Below, one piece after another: positions 17,358 to 26,598 of a DNA stretch of 64,000 nt. The position numbers and the translations under genes are program-made. Source of the DNA: Cytophagales bacterium (GTDB lineage Bacteria > Bacteroidota > Bacteroidia > Cytophagales > Spirosomataceae); assembly GCA_004292855.1 (NCBI GenBank), contig RDXN01000049.1:21760-85759 (forward strand), written 5' to 3'. The notes beneath the pieces were generated by a model, which saw nothing but the letters and a program-made list of their open reading frames with translations, did no database searches and was not told the origin of the DNA. Within the stretch, counting starts at the first letter, position 1. Each line of letters begins with the position of its first letter.

Positions 17358-18872
17358 TGATTTAGTTATGGCGGCCTTCAGTAATACCTCGTCGGTGGCT
17401 TGAGCGATGGGAATATTTGCAGTGAGTTGGCCTTCAGACAGGACCAGAATCCGGTCGGCGAGGGCGAGTAGTTCGGGAATCTCGGAGGAGGCCACGAGGA
17501 TGCTCATGCCCTGATCGGCTAATTGACGGATGAGCGCGTATAACTCGTTTTTGGCGTGTACGTCGATACCCCGCGTGGGTTCGTCGAGCAGCAGCAGACT
17601 GGGTTTTGTTGCCAACCATTTCGACAGCACGACTTTTTGTCCATTGCCCCCGCTCAGGTTGCGCACGGGGGTACGAACTGAGGGCGTTTTGATGTGCAAA
17701 TCCGTTACGTACTGCTCGGCGAGGGCCGTTTCTTTAGCCCGGTTCAACACCCCAGCCGTTTCGATAGAAGCCAGGGCGGTTAGGCTGATGTTGGTCTGCA
17801 CGTCGAGGTCGAGCAGCAGTCCATCGCGCTTGCGGTCTTCCGGCACGAGGGCCATGCCTGCCCGGATTGCCTGGGCGGGATTTTTGATCTGCACCACTTG
17901 TCCGTTCATGCGCACGGTCCCGTTCTTGGGTGTGGAGTGCAGCCCAAACAGGGTTTCCAGCAGTTCAGTACGGCCCGCGCCCATCAGCCCAAACAGGCCT
18001 ACAACCTCCCCTTTTTCAACCGTGAGAGAAAGGTTTTTCAGTACATTATCGCCCCGTCGTACCGGGTGGGATAGGCTCAGATTTTCCACGGCTAACATGG
18101 CCTCAACATCAGCGTCCTCCTTTTGGCTTTTGGGTTTTTCGCGCTGCCGAGCCACTAAATCGCGGCCCACCATTGCCCGAATCAGGTGGTCGTGGGTCAT
18201 GTTGGTCATTAGGCCCTCCTCCACTGATTTGCCGTCGCGCAGCACCACGTAGCGGTCGGCAATGGTGAAAAGTTCGTCGAGTTTGTGGGAGATATAAACG
18301 ACCGCTTTTCCCCGCTTGCGGAGGTCACGGATGATACCGAACAAGACCGCCACCTCGCTGTCGGAAATGGCCGAGGTGGGTTCGTCCATGATGAGTACGT
18401 CGGCATCGTTCAGTAACGCCTTCGCCATTTCGACCACCTGCTGTTGTCCCACTTTCAGGTCGCCCACGAGCGTGTTGGGGGCGAGGTTCAGGTGTAAATC
18501 GGCCAGCAGGTTGGCGGTTTGTTGGCGCATGGCCGGGCGGTCGAGCGTGCCCAGGCGGGTGGTCAGTTCGCGACCCAGAAATACGTTTTCGGTGATGCTC
18601 AGGTATGGAATCAGGTTCAATTCCTGATGAATAATGGCTATTCCGTGGGCCTAAGCCTCGCGCACCGATGCAAACCGAACGGGTTTTTCGTTCAGATTCA
18701 GTTGCCCCTCATAATCGGCAATGACGCCCGACAGGATTTTCATCAGGGTCGATTTGCCCGCGCCGTTCTCACCGATGACCGCCGTGACCTGCCCTTTTAA
18801 AAAGGACAAACTGACGTTGTCCAAGGCCGTGACTCCTGCGAATTTTTTGGTTATGTTGTTGGCTGTCAGCAT
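17346..18872 (-). pseudogene. rbsA: ribose-type ABC transporter ATPase (RbsA family), interrupted by in-frame TAG
   Basis: 73-aa N-fragment with Walker [10 protein letters not shown] ends at TAG (18651-18653); the same frame continues AHGIAIIHQELNLIPYL... through both ABC domains (LSGGNGQK signature). Confidence 0.8.
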
Positions 18873-18879
18873 AGTTTTA

Positions 18880-19002
18880 AACCACAGAGTTCGCGGAGTT
18901 TTTTGTCATCCCGACGCAGGAGGGATCTATTCTGTTTAGAGCCAAGTTTAGTGTAGGCAAGCTAGATCCCTCCTGCGTCGGATGACAAAAAACTCTGTGG
19001 TT
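18880..19002. repeat. REP/MITE-like element copy 3, extended form with AACCACAGAGTT flanks
   Basis: AACCACAGAGTT...TTTTGTCATCCCGACGCAGGAGGGATCTA ... TAGATCCCTCCTGCGTCGGATGACAAAAAACTCTGTGGTT. Confidence 0.9.
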
Positions 19003-19618
19003 AAAAAACTTGTATCGGAATCACACTCAACTCACCGACTCGCAAATGCGCCCGATTCAGTTCCACTGCCCCGACAAACCTGATTTTCCGACCGGGTTTG
19101 GCATCGCTCCGCAATCCCGGCACCACGCGCTTGCGGATGATGTCGTTCAACTCAGCAGCCACACTGTTGAGGTCGGCGGTGTTGGAGAATTCGGTGATCT
19201 GAATCAAGCCCGACGCATCGCGGGCGGCATTGCTGTAGATGTACTCGGTTGCCAGTCGGGCAGTTGCGCCAGTGGTTAGTTGCACGGTAACGTCGGTCTC
19301 GCCAACCGTCGATACCACGCCCTCGCCCTTCACCAGGAAGTATCGGATGTTACCAATGCCCAGCGCGTGGGCGTGAGCGTCGAACGCCTTATTTTTATCG
19401 GTTTTCAGTTGCGCCAATAAGCTCGACAACTCCACTGCCCGCTCTGCACCCGTTGGCAAAAGTTTATTGGTCCAGAACGTTTCGGCGTAGCGAGCCGGGT
19501 CGAATTTGCCCAATGCGCCAGCCGCCCGCACTTCGCTTAGAGGCCGCAAATACACCGAATTATAGCCAATCAACCCAACCAGAGCCAGCCCAATACCGTA
19601 CTTCATTCCTTTGTTCAT
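19001..19618 (-). CDS. DUF2291-like periplasmic lipoprotein (ABC-sugar-transporter-associated)
   Basis: start MNKGMKYGIGLALVGLIGYN; start codon overlaps the binding-protein stop (ATGA). Confidence 0.55.
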   Translation of the reverse strand: MNKGMKYGIGLALVGLIGYNSVYLRPLSEVRAAGALGKFDPARYAETFWTNKLLPTGAERAVELSSLLAQLKTDKNKAFDAHAHALGIGNIRYFLVKGEGVVSTVGETDVTVQLTTGATARLATEYIYSNAARDASGLIQITEFSNTADLNSVAAELNDIIRKRVVPGLRSDAKPGRKIRFVGAVELNRAHLRVGELSVIPIQVF

Positions 19619-20532
19619 GGCTTGTCGGGGGTTTCGTAATCGGCAATATTCGCTTGGGTAATCAACTCGACGGCAACCGGAATCCGTTGGGCGAAGTCGC
19701 GCTTGCCGTTGAGCCATTGATCGGCGAATTGGGCGGCTGTTTTGGCCATCGTTTGGGGCGATTGCAGGCCCGTTGCCCGAATCTTGCGGTCGCGGATGGA
19801 TGTCATCACATCGTCGGCCCCGTCGAAGCCAAACACCTTGACAATCTGCACTTTACCCGCCGACACGAGGGCCTGATACGCGCCCAACGCCATTGCATCG
19901 TTGCCGCAAAACACGGCGTCGATGTCGGGGTGGGCCTGCAAAATCGACTCCAGCACGTCCATTGCCTTGTTCCGGTCAAAATCGCCCGATTGTTGGGCCA
20001 CCATCTTCAGGCCGGGGTAGCGGTCCACCACGCTGTGAAATCCCTTCGAGCGGTTCCAAGTGTTGTTGTCGCCCACCATGCCCAAGATCTCGACGTAGCT
20101 GCCCCGGCGGTTCATCGTTTGCACGAAATACTCGCCAATGGCTACGCATCCCGAATAATTATCGGACAAAATCTGCGACGTCGCCACGTCCGACGCGTTC
20201 ACCTCGCGGTCCATGCAAAACACCGGCACGCCCGCTTCTTTGGCCTTCGCCACGTTCACAATCGACCCCTCCGAATCGGTCGGATTCAGCAAAATCGCCC
20301 CAAACCCCGACACGATGGCGTTCTCAAAATGGTCAGCTTCGAGAGCCGGGTTATTCTGCGAATCGAAGATTTTGGCCTCATAGCCCAGGCGTTTGGCCTC
20401 AGCCGCTGCCCCCTCGGCCAACACCACAAACCAGGGGTTATTGAGTGTCGAGACGATCACAGCCATCTTTTTGGGCTGATCCGTGTCTGTTTTGCCGGTG
20501 CAGGAGGCCAGAAGCAGGAGGAGCCATATCAC
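19615..20532 (-). CDS. sugar ABC transporter substrate-binding lipoprotein (RbsB/periplasmic-binding-protein type 1)
   Basis: lipobox LLLLLASC; RbsB-like fold motifs (VIVSTLNNPWFVVLAEGA, VFCGNDAMALGA, GFDGADD). Confidence 0.85.
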   Translation of the reverse strand: MIWLLLLLASCTGKTDTDQPKKMAVIVSTLNNPWFVVLAEGAAAEAKRLGYEAKIFDSQNNPALEADHFENAIVSGFGAILLNPTDSEGSIVNVAKAKEAGVPVFCMDREVNASDVATSQILSDNYSGCVAIGEYFVQTMNRRGSYVEILGMVGDNNTWNRSKGFHSVVDRYPGLKMVAQQSGDFDRNKAMDVLESILQAHPDIDAVFCGNDAMALGAYQALVSAGKVQIVKVFGFDGADDVMTSIRDRKIRATGLQSPQTMAKTAAQFADQWLNGKRDFAQRIPVAVELITQANIADYETPDKP

Positions 20533-20585
20533 CCGTTGGCTTTAGCCAACGGATAAGGGGAATGAGATCATTTCATTATTTTTAA

Positions 20586-21992
20586 TCAAGGCATCACCGT
20601 CAGAATCACCCGTTGATAGCGCGTCAGGGCGGGGGTTCCGTTGTCGGTTACGGCCAGAATAATGTGCATGGTTTCGGGAACGAGGGCTTTAGGAACCACC
20701 AGGGTTGCTACTTTTTGGTCTTTGTTTTTGATGATAGGCAGGCGGGCACTCTCAAACGTCCCGGCTTCGCGGTAGTAAATCCATTCGTATGTCAGGGCAT
20801 TACCGTCGGGGTCGGAGGAGCCGTCGGCACTGAGCGTGACGGTTTCGCCACTTTTGACCCGGATTTCGTTTGCATGCCCCAGTTTGGCAACCGGCGGGTG
20901 ATTGGCTTCGTTGTAGGGCTTAACCGTCCAGTCGATGCGGGCGGCAAAATCGTTTTGGTAATGCTGCCGCCAACGCCAGATCGTTGCCTTATTGCTGTCG
21001 TAATAATTTCCGTCCTTACCCTTTACCTGATCTTCGGCGTCGGACCAGATTGGACGGGTTTCGGGTTCCGAAAACCACTTGCGCGTGCGGGGCGTATACA
21101 GCTCGTACCGACCGCCCCACCCACCCCAGTCCGGCCGTTCGGGTACACTCAACCCGTTCACAATCAGGTTAAAAAAGCTGGGTGTGTCGCCCTCCATAAT
21201 ATAAACCGTGTGCGGATGCTCGGCCCCCAACGGCCCGTGGTTCTTACGAATATTGGCGTCTAGCCACGCATTGTTGACGATGCTAGAATCGGGACCAGCG
21301 AACCCCGGCGCAAACGGAAACACGTCGCCACTGATGCCCCGCCAGGTCGAATATTCGTAGGCTCCCCGGTCGTGGATGCCAGGGCTAACAATAAAAAACA
21401 GGTTCGGAAACGTTTTGCGGAGCCAGGGGCCGCTATCGTCCTGATCGGAGATCGTGTAGACCCGCAGTTTAGCCACAAACCGGTCCAGTTCGTCAGGCGT
21501 GCGGGTTTGGCGCACTTTCCAGAGAGCTTGCGCCAGGCAGTTGGCCCCGCCCCAAACCGGCACCCAAACCGGGCGCGGGTCGGCCTTGTCGACCACCGAA
21601 ATAATGTGTTCGGAGCCTTCCGAATCGTTGCCCGGCCCCACGGCGTTCATGCCATATTTGGCAACACTTGGTTTGATAATGCGTAACAGAGCCTCTGTTT
21701 CGGGATAGCCTTTTTCGTGCAGCAACAGGTTGTTCCGAACCTTGCCATAAGCCTCCACAATCCGCCGAATTCGCTCCGGTGCCACCCGATTCCGTTGATG
21801 CACCGAGGTTGTGGCAATCAGACCTTCTACGTCCCATTGGTTCACGTAGGTCAGAAACCGCACCATCGACTGCGCGTCGTCCGGCTCATTTTCGATATCG
21901 GTCAGCACCAGCACCCGCACTTTTTGAGGTGTTTGCTGCGCAGTGGCAAGAAGGGGGAGAAAGGTCAGGAGAAGCAGGAATACGTGTTTCAT
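20586..21992 (-). CDS. secreted DUF1593 protein (nucleoside-hydrolase-like N-domain + Ig-like C-domain)
   Basis: signal peptide; [32 protein letters not shown]-terminal beta-sandwich. Confidence 0.7.
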   Translation of the reverse strand: MKHVFLLLLTFLPLLATAQQTPQKVRVLVLTDIENEPDDAQSMVRFLTYVNQWDVEGLIATTSVHQRNRVAPERIRRIVEAYGKVRNNLLLHEKGYPETEALLRIIKPSVAKYGMNAVGPGNDSEGSEHIISVVDKADPRPVWVPVWGGANCLAQALWKVRQTRTPDELDRFVAKLRVYTISDQDDSGPWLRKTFPNLFFIVSPGIHDRGAYEYSTWRGISGDVFPFAPGFAGPDSSIVNNAWLDANIRKNHGPLGAEHPHTVYIMEGDTPSFFNLIVNGLSVPERPDWGGWGGRYELYTPRTRKWFSEPETRPIWSDAEDQVKGKDGNYYDSNKATIWRWRQHYQNDFAARIDWTVKPYNEANHPPVAKLGHANEIRVKSGETVTLSADGSSDPDGNALTYEWIYYREAGTFESARLPIIKNKDQKVATLVVPKALVPETMHIILAVTDNGTPALTRYQRVILTVMP

Positions 21993-21997
21993 GGCTA

Positions 21998-23449
21998 TTA
22001 CGGCACGACCGTCACAATCACCCGTTTGTAGCGGGTGAGGGCGGGGGTGCCTTTGTCGGTTACTTTCAGGATAAAATGAAGCGTTTGCGAGGTGGTTACG
22101 GTCGGCGCAATGGGGCGGGCTTCGTAGATGTTCGAGACGAAGTTTTGGTAATTTATCGTCCCCGAATACGTCCCGGCTTCGGGGTAATGCATCCAGCGGA
22201 AACTCATCGAATCGCCATCGGGGTCGGTCGATTCGGAGGCTCGTAAATAGAACGTTTCGCCCGATTTAACCGTCAGATTTTCGGGGTGCGACAGGCGCGG
22301 AACGGGTGGGTGATTGGCCTCCTGGTACGATTTCGTACACCAGTCCATGCGGGCGGCAAAGTCGTTCTGAAACTCCGTGCGCCACCGCCAAATCGTTGCC
22401 CCAATGCTCTTGGGGGCTTTTTCCGTTTTCTCGGTCGATGGTCCCATAGCAAACCGAGGAGCTGCATAGATCGAATCAGCCGAATTGGTCCAGATAGGGC
22501 GGGTTTCGGGGTCGTCTTTGGGGGCACCTTGCGGGCGAAAGCGCGTTGTGGCTACGCTGGTGGGTTGTTGAAGCACATACCGACCACCCCACCCGCCCCA
22601 ATCCGGGTGTTCGGGGGCGTTCAACCCGTTCGGAATCAGGCCCAAAAACGAGGGAGTATCGCCCTCCATACCAAATGCCACGTCGGGGTATTGCGCCCCC
22701 AGTGGGCCATGCCCCTGCTGAATGTTCTGAGCCAGCCAGGCATTCGTGGCATACTCCGGTTGGGTTCCGGGTTCGCTCGTGTTAATGCCCCGCCAGGTCG
22801 CGTGTTCGTAGCCGTAACCGGGACTGACAACGAAAAAGACGGTCGGGAAATTCTTGCGAATCCAGGGACTGGTGTCGTCCTGATCCGAGATCGTGTAGAC
22901 GCGTAGTTTGCGGTAGAGTTGTTCGGCCTGTTGCGAGGTGCGCGTTTTTTGAATTTTCCAGAGGGCCTGCGCCAGCGTGTTCGGCCCGCCCCATACCGAC
23001 ACCCAGAGAGGTCGTCCGTCCAGCTTTTCGAGTTGGCGAATAATCCATTCCGAGCCTTCGGAGTCGTTGCCCTCGCCCACGCCCGTTAGGCCATATTTAG
23101 GCAAGCCTTTTTTGATTACGGCTTTCAGGGTTTGGGCAGTCGGGTAGCCGAGTTCGTGTTTGAGCAAATTAGGTTGGACAAGTCCGTAGGCGTCCACAAT
23201 CTTGTGGATGGTTTCGGGAGCTACCCGCGTTTGCAGGTGAATCGACGTGGTGGCAACGAGTCCTTCAATATCCAACTGATTGGCATAGGTCAGTAACCGC
23301 ACCAGCGACTGCGAATCGTCCGGCTCGTTCTCCATGTCGGTCAGCACCAACAACCGTGTTTTTTGGGCAGATGCCAAGAATGGGAAGAGGGTAAATGAGA
23401 GTAGGAGCAGTAGTTTCATAGTTTTAGATGGGAACATTGGGAACCGCAA
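21998..23449 (-). CDS. secreted DUF1593 protein, tandem paralog
   Basis: same architecture and motifs as 20586..21992 ([31 protein letters not shown]). Confidence 0.7.
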   Translation of the reverse strand: MRFPMFPSKTMKLLLLLSFTLFPFLASAQKTRLLVLTDMENEPDDSQSLVRLLTYANQLDIEGLVATTSIHLQTRVAPETIHKIVDAYGLVQPNLLKHELGYPTAQTLKAVIKKGLPKYGLTGVGEGNDSEGSEWIIRQLEKLDGRPLWVSVWGGPNTLAQALWKIQKTRTSQQAEQLYRKLRVYTISDQDDTSPWIRKNFPTVFFVVSPGYGYEHATWRGINTSEPGTQPEYATNAWLAQNIQQGHGPLGAQYPDVAFGMEGDTPSFLGLIPNGLNAPEHPDWGGWGGRYVLQQPTSVATTRFRPQGAPKDDPETRPIWTNSADSIYAAPRFAMGPSTEKTEKAPKSIGATIWRWRTEFQNDFAARMDWCTKSYQEANHPPVPRLSHPENLTVKSGETFYLRASESTDPDGDSMSFRWMHYPEAGTYSGTINYQNFVSNIYEARPIAPTVTTSQTLHFILKVTDKGTPALTRYKRVIVTVVP

Positions 23450-23476
23450 CGGCGGACCGTGCGGATGACGCGGACA

Positions 23477-23570
23477 TTTTTTGTCATCCCGACGCAGGAG
23501 GGATCTACTTCCTTGACGCTCAAATTGAATGTAGGCAAGCTAGATCCCTCCTGCGTCGGGATGACAAAAA
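23477..23570. repeat. REP/MITE-like element copy 4
   Basis: canonical arms; preceded by GGAACCGCAACGGCGGACCGTGCGGATG. Confidence 0.9.
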
Positions 23571-23571
23571 G

Positions 23572-24525
23572 TCATCCGCGATCTAATAATTCCAGTGCCA
23601 CCCGTTCAATGCCCGTTTCGGATAACCCGTAATGGGCGAAAATCTCCAGTTGCGAACCCGTAACGGTGTATTCGTCGGGGATGCCCATGATGCGGAAGCG
23701 GTTCCGAAAGCCATTTTGCAACAGAAACGACGCACACCCCTCCCCCAAGCCACCATACACGCTGTGTTCCTCGACCGTGACGATTGGGCATCCATCAGCG
23801 GCCACCATCGCCAGCAAATCATAGTCGAGCGGCTTGATCGTGTGCATACTCACCACCCTTGCCCGGATGCCCTGCTCGGTCTCCAACCGACGAGCCGCCT
23901 GCAAAGCCGGATAGACCGTTTCGCCGGTTGCAATGAGCGTCAGATCCTCGCCTTCGCGCACCACCCGACCTTTGCCAAACGCAAATTCGCGGTTAGTTTC
24001 GGAGAGCAACGGCATGGTTTTCTTGCCGAAGCGCAGGTATACGGGGGTGTTCATTTGAGCCGCCAGCCGAACGGCCTGCTCGGTCTCGAAATTGTCGGCG
24101 GGGGCCACGATAGTCAGGTTGTGAACGGCACGAAGAGCTGCCAAATCGTGCAGGCTGTGGTGGGTTGAACCCAACGCGCCGTAGCTGACGCCCGCGCTGA
24201 TACCCACGAGCCGGACCGGATTGTTGGAGTAACAGACATCGGTTTTGATCTGCTCGAACGAACGGGCCGTCAGGAAACACGCGGGCGATACCGCAAACAC
24301 GTTTTTCCCCGCCGACGCCAGGCCAGCCGCTACGCCCACCAGATTCTGTTCGGCAATACCGATTTCGACGATCTGCTTCGGAAATCGCTGCCCAAACGGG
24401 ACGAGTTTGCCCGACCCCCGCGAGTCGCTCGTGACAACGAGCAGGTTTCGGTCGGTTTCGGCCAGGGTTTGGAGCGTGGCCGAGAATATGTCGAGGTTAG
24501 CTTTTTCCATATGTTTTTCAACCAC
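23572..24525 (-). CDS. transketolase, C-terminal (pyrimidine-binding) subunit
   Basis: 317 aa; transketolase pyrimidine/C-terminal domain motifs (IGIAEQN, GSTHHS). Confidence 0.9.
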   Translation of the reverse strand: MVEKHMEKANLDIFSATLQTLAETDRNLLVVTSDSRGSGKLVPFGQRFPKQIVEIGIAEQNLVGVAAGLASAGKNVFAVSPACFLTARSFEQIKTDVCYSNNPVRLVGISAGVSYGALGSTHHSLHDLAALRAVHNLTIVAPADNFETEQAVRLAAQMNTPVYLRFGKKTMPLLSETNREFAFGKGRVVREGEDLTLIATGETVYPALQAARRLETEQGIRARVVSMHTIKPLDYDLLAMVAADGCPIVTVEEHSVYGGLGEGCASFLLQNGFRNRFRIMGIPDEYTVTGSQLEIFAHYGLSETGIERVALELLDRG

Positions 24526-24528
24526 AGT

Positions 24529-24622
24529 TTTTTTGTCATCCCGACGCAGGAGGGATCTACTCGGTTAGTGTTCAAGTCGGGGGTAAGCAAAGTAGATCCC
24601 TCCTGCGTCGGGATGACAAAAT
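24529..24622. repeat. REP/MITE-like element copy 5 (AACCACAG / CTCTGTGGTT flanks)
   Basis: canonical arms. Confidence 0.9.
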
Positions 24623-24631
24623 ACTCTGTGG

Positions 24632-25666
24632 TTAATCGTTTAACTCCAGTTTTGCAAAGAAATCGTTGAACATCAGGCCCGTATCCAACTGTGTGTATAC
24701 CCGAATCGGTCGCCCTTTGTGGTTGTGGGCGTACACCCCAGCCGCGTTGATGCGCGGGGCCTGCCGAACCACATACGTACTCGACGAAGGGTCGGCCTCG
24801 AACGACGATTGCAGGGCCGTGAGCAACACCAGCGGACTATCGCCCAAAATGTACGTTTCACCAATGTTCAAAAACGACTGAATCCGGGTCATCAGGCTCT
24901 CCAGCGTTCCGGCCAGATACGCCCCCGTTTTGCCACGCGGCTTCACCTTCGTGAGCAGTTGGGCATACGAAATCAGGCACTGCCGGTACGCGTTTCGGGG
25001 AATCTGCCACAACGCCACCGCCGACCGATTGAACACCGCCCGTGCAGCCGCCTGATCAATATTCAGGTTGTATTCGACCTCGGTATACCCCGGTGGGGGC
25101 GTGGCCAACTCAGTATATTCAGGACCGCCGATCCAGATAAGGGTCAGTTTATCAGCTATTTGCGGATTGGTCAATACCGCCGAAGCGATTTCGGTAAGTC
25201 CAGCCCCGCAGACCACATAAAGCGGTAGTTTGGTATCGGTCCGCAAAGCTTCCTGAATAATGAAGTTGACGGCCTCGTTTTTTACGGGCGTGCTGTCGTT
25301 CACCATTGCCGTGTTCGACCCGGCAAAAACCGGAATCGGTTTGGTCACGTTCATGATACTCAGCACCTCTCGCGCTTTTTTGGCAGCATTGTCGGCCTGC
25401 GTGGTGGAGCGGTCGAAGCCATCGCCGACGCGCAGGTGCGACCCGATTATGCCCCGCACCTCCACCGACGGCGACATCAGCAAATGCGCCAACTGAAACA
25501 GTCCGTCGGGGTCGCCACTGAAGTCGTTATCCACGATCACCCGCATCCGAGGTTGCACCATTGCCAGACCAGTGGGTTGGGCAACGGCCCCAAACGATGC
25601 CAACCAGATGATGGAACTTAGCCAAAAGACCAGTTTAGGAGCTTGTTCGATGGTCTGTTTTGTCAT
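24632..25666 (-). CDS. inosine-uridine-preferring nucleoside hydrolase family protein, probably secreted
   Basis: VIVDNDFSGDPDG aspartate cluster; N-terminal hydrophobic signal; start ATG lies inside the terminus of repeat copy 6 (ATGACAAAA = MTK). Alternative start at MRVIV is possible. Confidence 0.65.
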   Translation of the reverse strand: MTKQTIEQAPKLVFWLSSIIWLASFGAVAQPTGLAMVQPRMRVIVDNDFSGDPDGLFQLAHLLMSPSVEVRGIIGSHLRVGDGFDRSTTQADNAAKKAREVLSIMNVTKPIPVFAGSNTAMVNDSTPVKNEAVNFIIQEALRTDTKLPLYVVCGAGLTEIASAVLTNPQIADKLTLIWIGGPEYTELATPPPGYTEVEYNLNIDQAAARAVFNRSAVALWQIPRNAYRQCLISYAQLLTKVKPRGKTGAYLAGTLESLMTRIQSFLNIGETYILGDSPLVLLTALQSSFEADPSSSTYVVRQAPRINAAGVYAHNHKGRPIRVYTQLDTGLMFNDFFAKLELND

Positions 25667-25750
25667 CCCGAAGCATGAGGGATCTACTCCGCTAACGCTC
25701 AAGTTGAGAGTGGACAAGCTAGATCCCTCCTGCGTCGGGATGACAAAAAA
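25657..25750. repeat. REP/MITE-like element copy 6 (left arm degenerate: GAAGCATGAGGG)
   Basis: read directly. Confidence 0.85.
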
Positions 25751-25773
25751 TTGTGTTACAGTATTTCGCTCTT

Positions 25774-26598
25774 TCATTCTTTCGCTCTTTCACCCAACTC
25801 CTCCAACGCCTGTTGATACTGATCGTAACTAGGCACGCCGTGATGCCATTTCAGTTGATTTTCCATGAAACTCACGCCCTTGCCTTTCACCGTGTGGGCA
25901 ATCACCAAACTTGGCTTCCCTGTTGCAAACGGCAGCGCATCGAACGCTTCTTGCAGGGCCGTGAAGTCGTGTCCATCCACGTGCCGGACCGCCCAACCGA
26001 ACGCTTCAAACTTCTGGTCGAGCGGGTCGGTGCTGCATACGTCGGCGGTGGGGCCGGTAATTTGCAGGGTGTTCTTGTCGACAATGGCGCAAAGGTTGTC
26101 GAGCTTGTAGTGCGACGCCAAGAGGGCCGCTTCCCAGTTAGAACCTTCGGGTAGTTCGCCGTCGCCCATGAGCGTGAACACGCGGTAAGCGCGATCATCC
26201 AATTTAGCCGCGAGAGCCGTTCCCACGCTTAACGACAGCCAGTGCCCCAGCGAACCGGTGTTTTGCTCCACGCCATACACTTTGCGCGTGGGATGCCCAA
26301 TGTAGTGGGAGTTGTACCGGCAAAGTGTTTGCAAGTCAGTTTCCGGGAAAAAGCCCAGGTCGGCCAGTACCACATACAGGGCCTCGACCGTGTGGCCTTT
26401 GCTCTGAATATACCGGTCGCGGTCGGGCGAGGTAAAGGTGTCGGGACCAACGTTCAACACGGTATTATAGAGCACGTTCAGGATGTCGATGCACGACAGA
26501 CTACCGCCCGTATGCCCAGCCCCTGCCCCATAAATGTATTGGAGGATGTTCCGGCGGTATTGCGTCGATTTCTGGGCTAGTTCGCTAACGGTTAGCAT
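25774..26598 (-). CDS. transketolase, N-terminal (TPP-binding) subunit
   Basis: 274 aa; GHTGGSLS, GDGELPEGSNWEA TPP-binding motifs. Confidence 0.9.
   Translation of the reverse strand: MLTVSELAQKSTQYRRNILQYIYGAGAGHTGGSLSCIDILNVLYNTVLNVGPDTFTSPDRDRYIQSKGHTVEALYVVLADLGFFPETDLQTLCRYNSHYIGHPTRKVYGVEQNTGSLGHWLSLSVGTALAAKLDDRAYRVFTLMGDGELPEGSNWEAALLASHYKLDNLCAIVDKNTLQITGPTADVCSTDPLDQKFEAFGWAVRHVDGHDFTALQEAFDALPFATGKPSLVIAHTVKGKGVSFMENQLKWHHGVPSYDQYQQALEELGERAKE

Noticed and set aside
17530-18252. 240-aa Ser/Arg-rich plus-strand ORF inside rbsA
   Set aside because: Antisense artefact with low-complexity sequence.
19453-20556. 367-aa plus-strand ORF overlapping the binding-protein and DUF2291 genes
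   Set aside because: Antisense to two genes with clear homology. Arg/His/Pro-rich low-complexity translation.
24469-24669. Small ORFs translating through repeat copies (also 25572..25832, 2370-2461 region), giving peptides like ...[11 protein letters not shown]...[10 protein letters not shown]
   Set aside because: These are translations of the palindromic repeat itself. The same peptide recurs wherever the repeat occurs, in either orientation.
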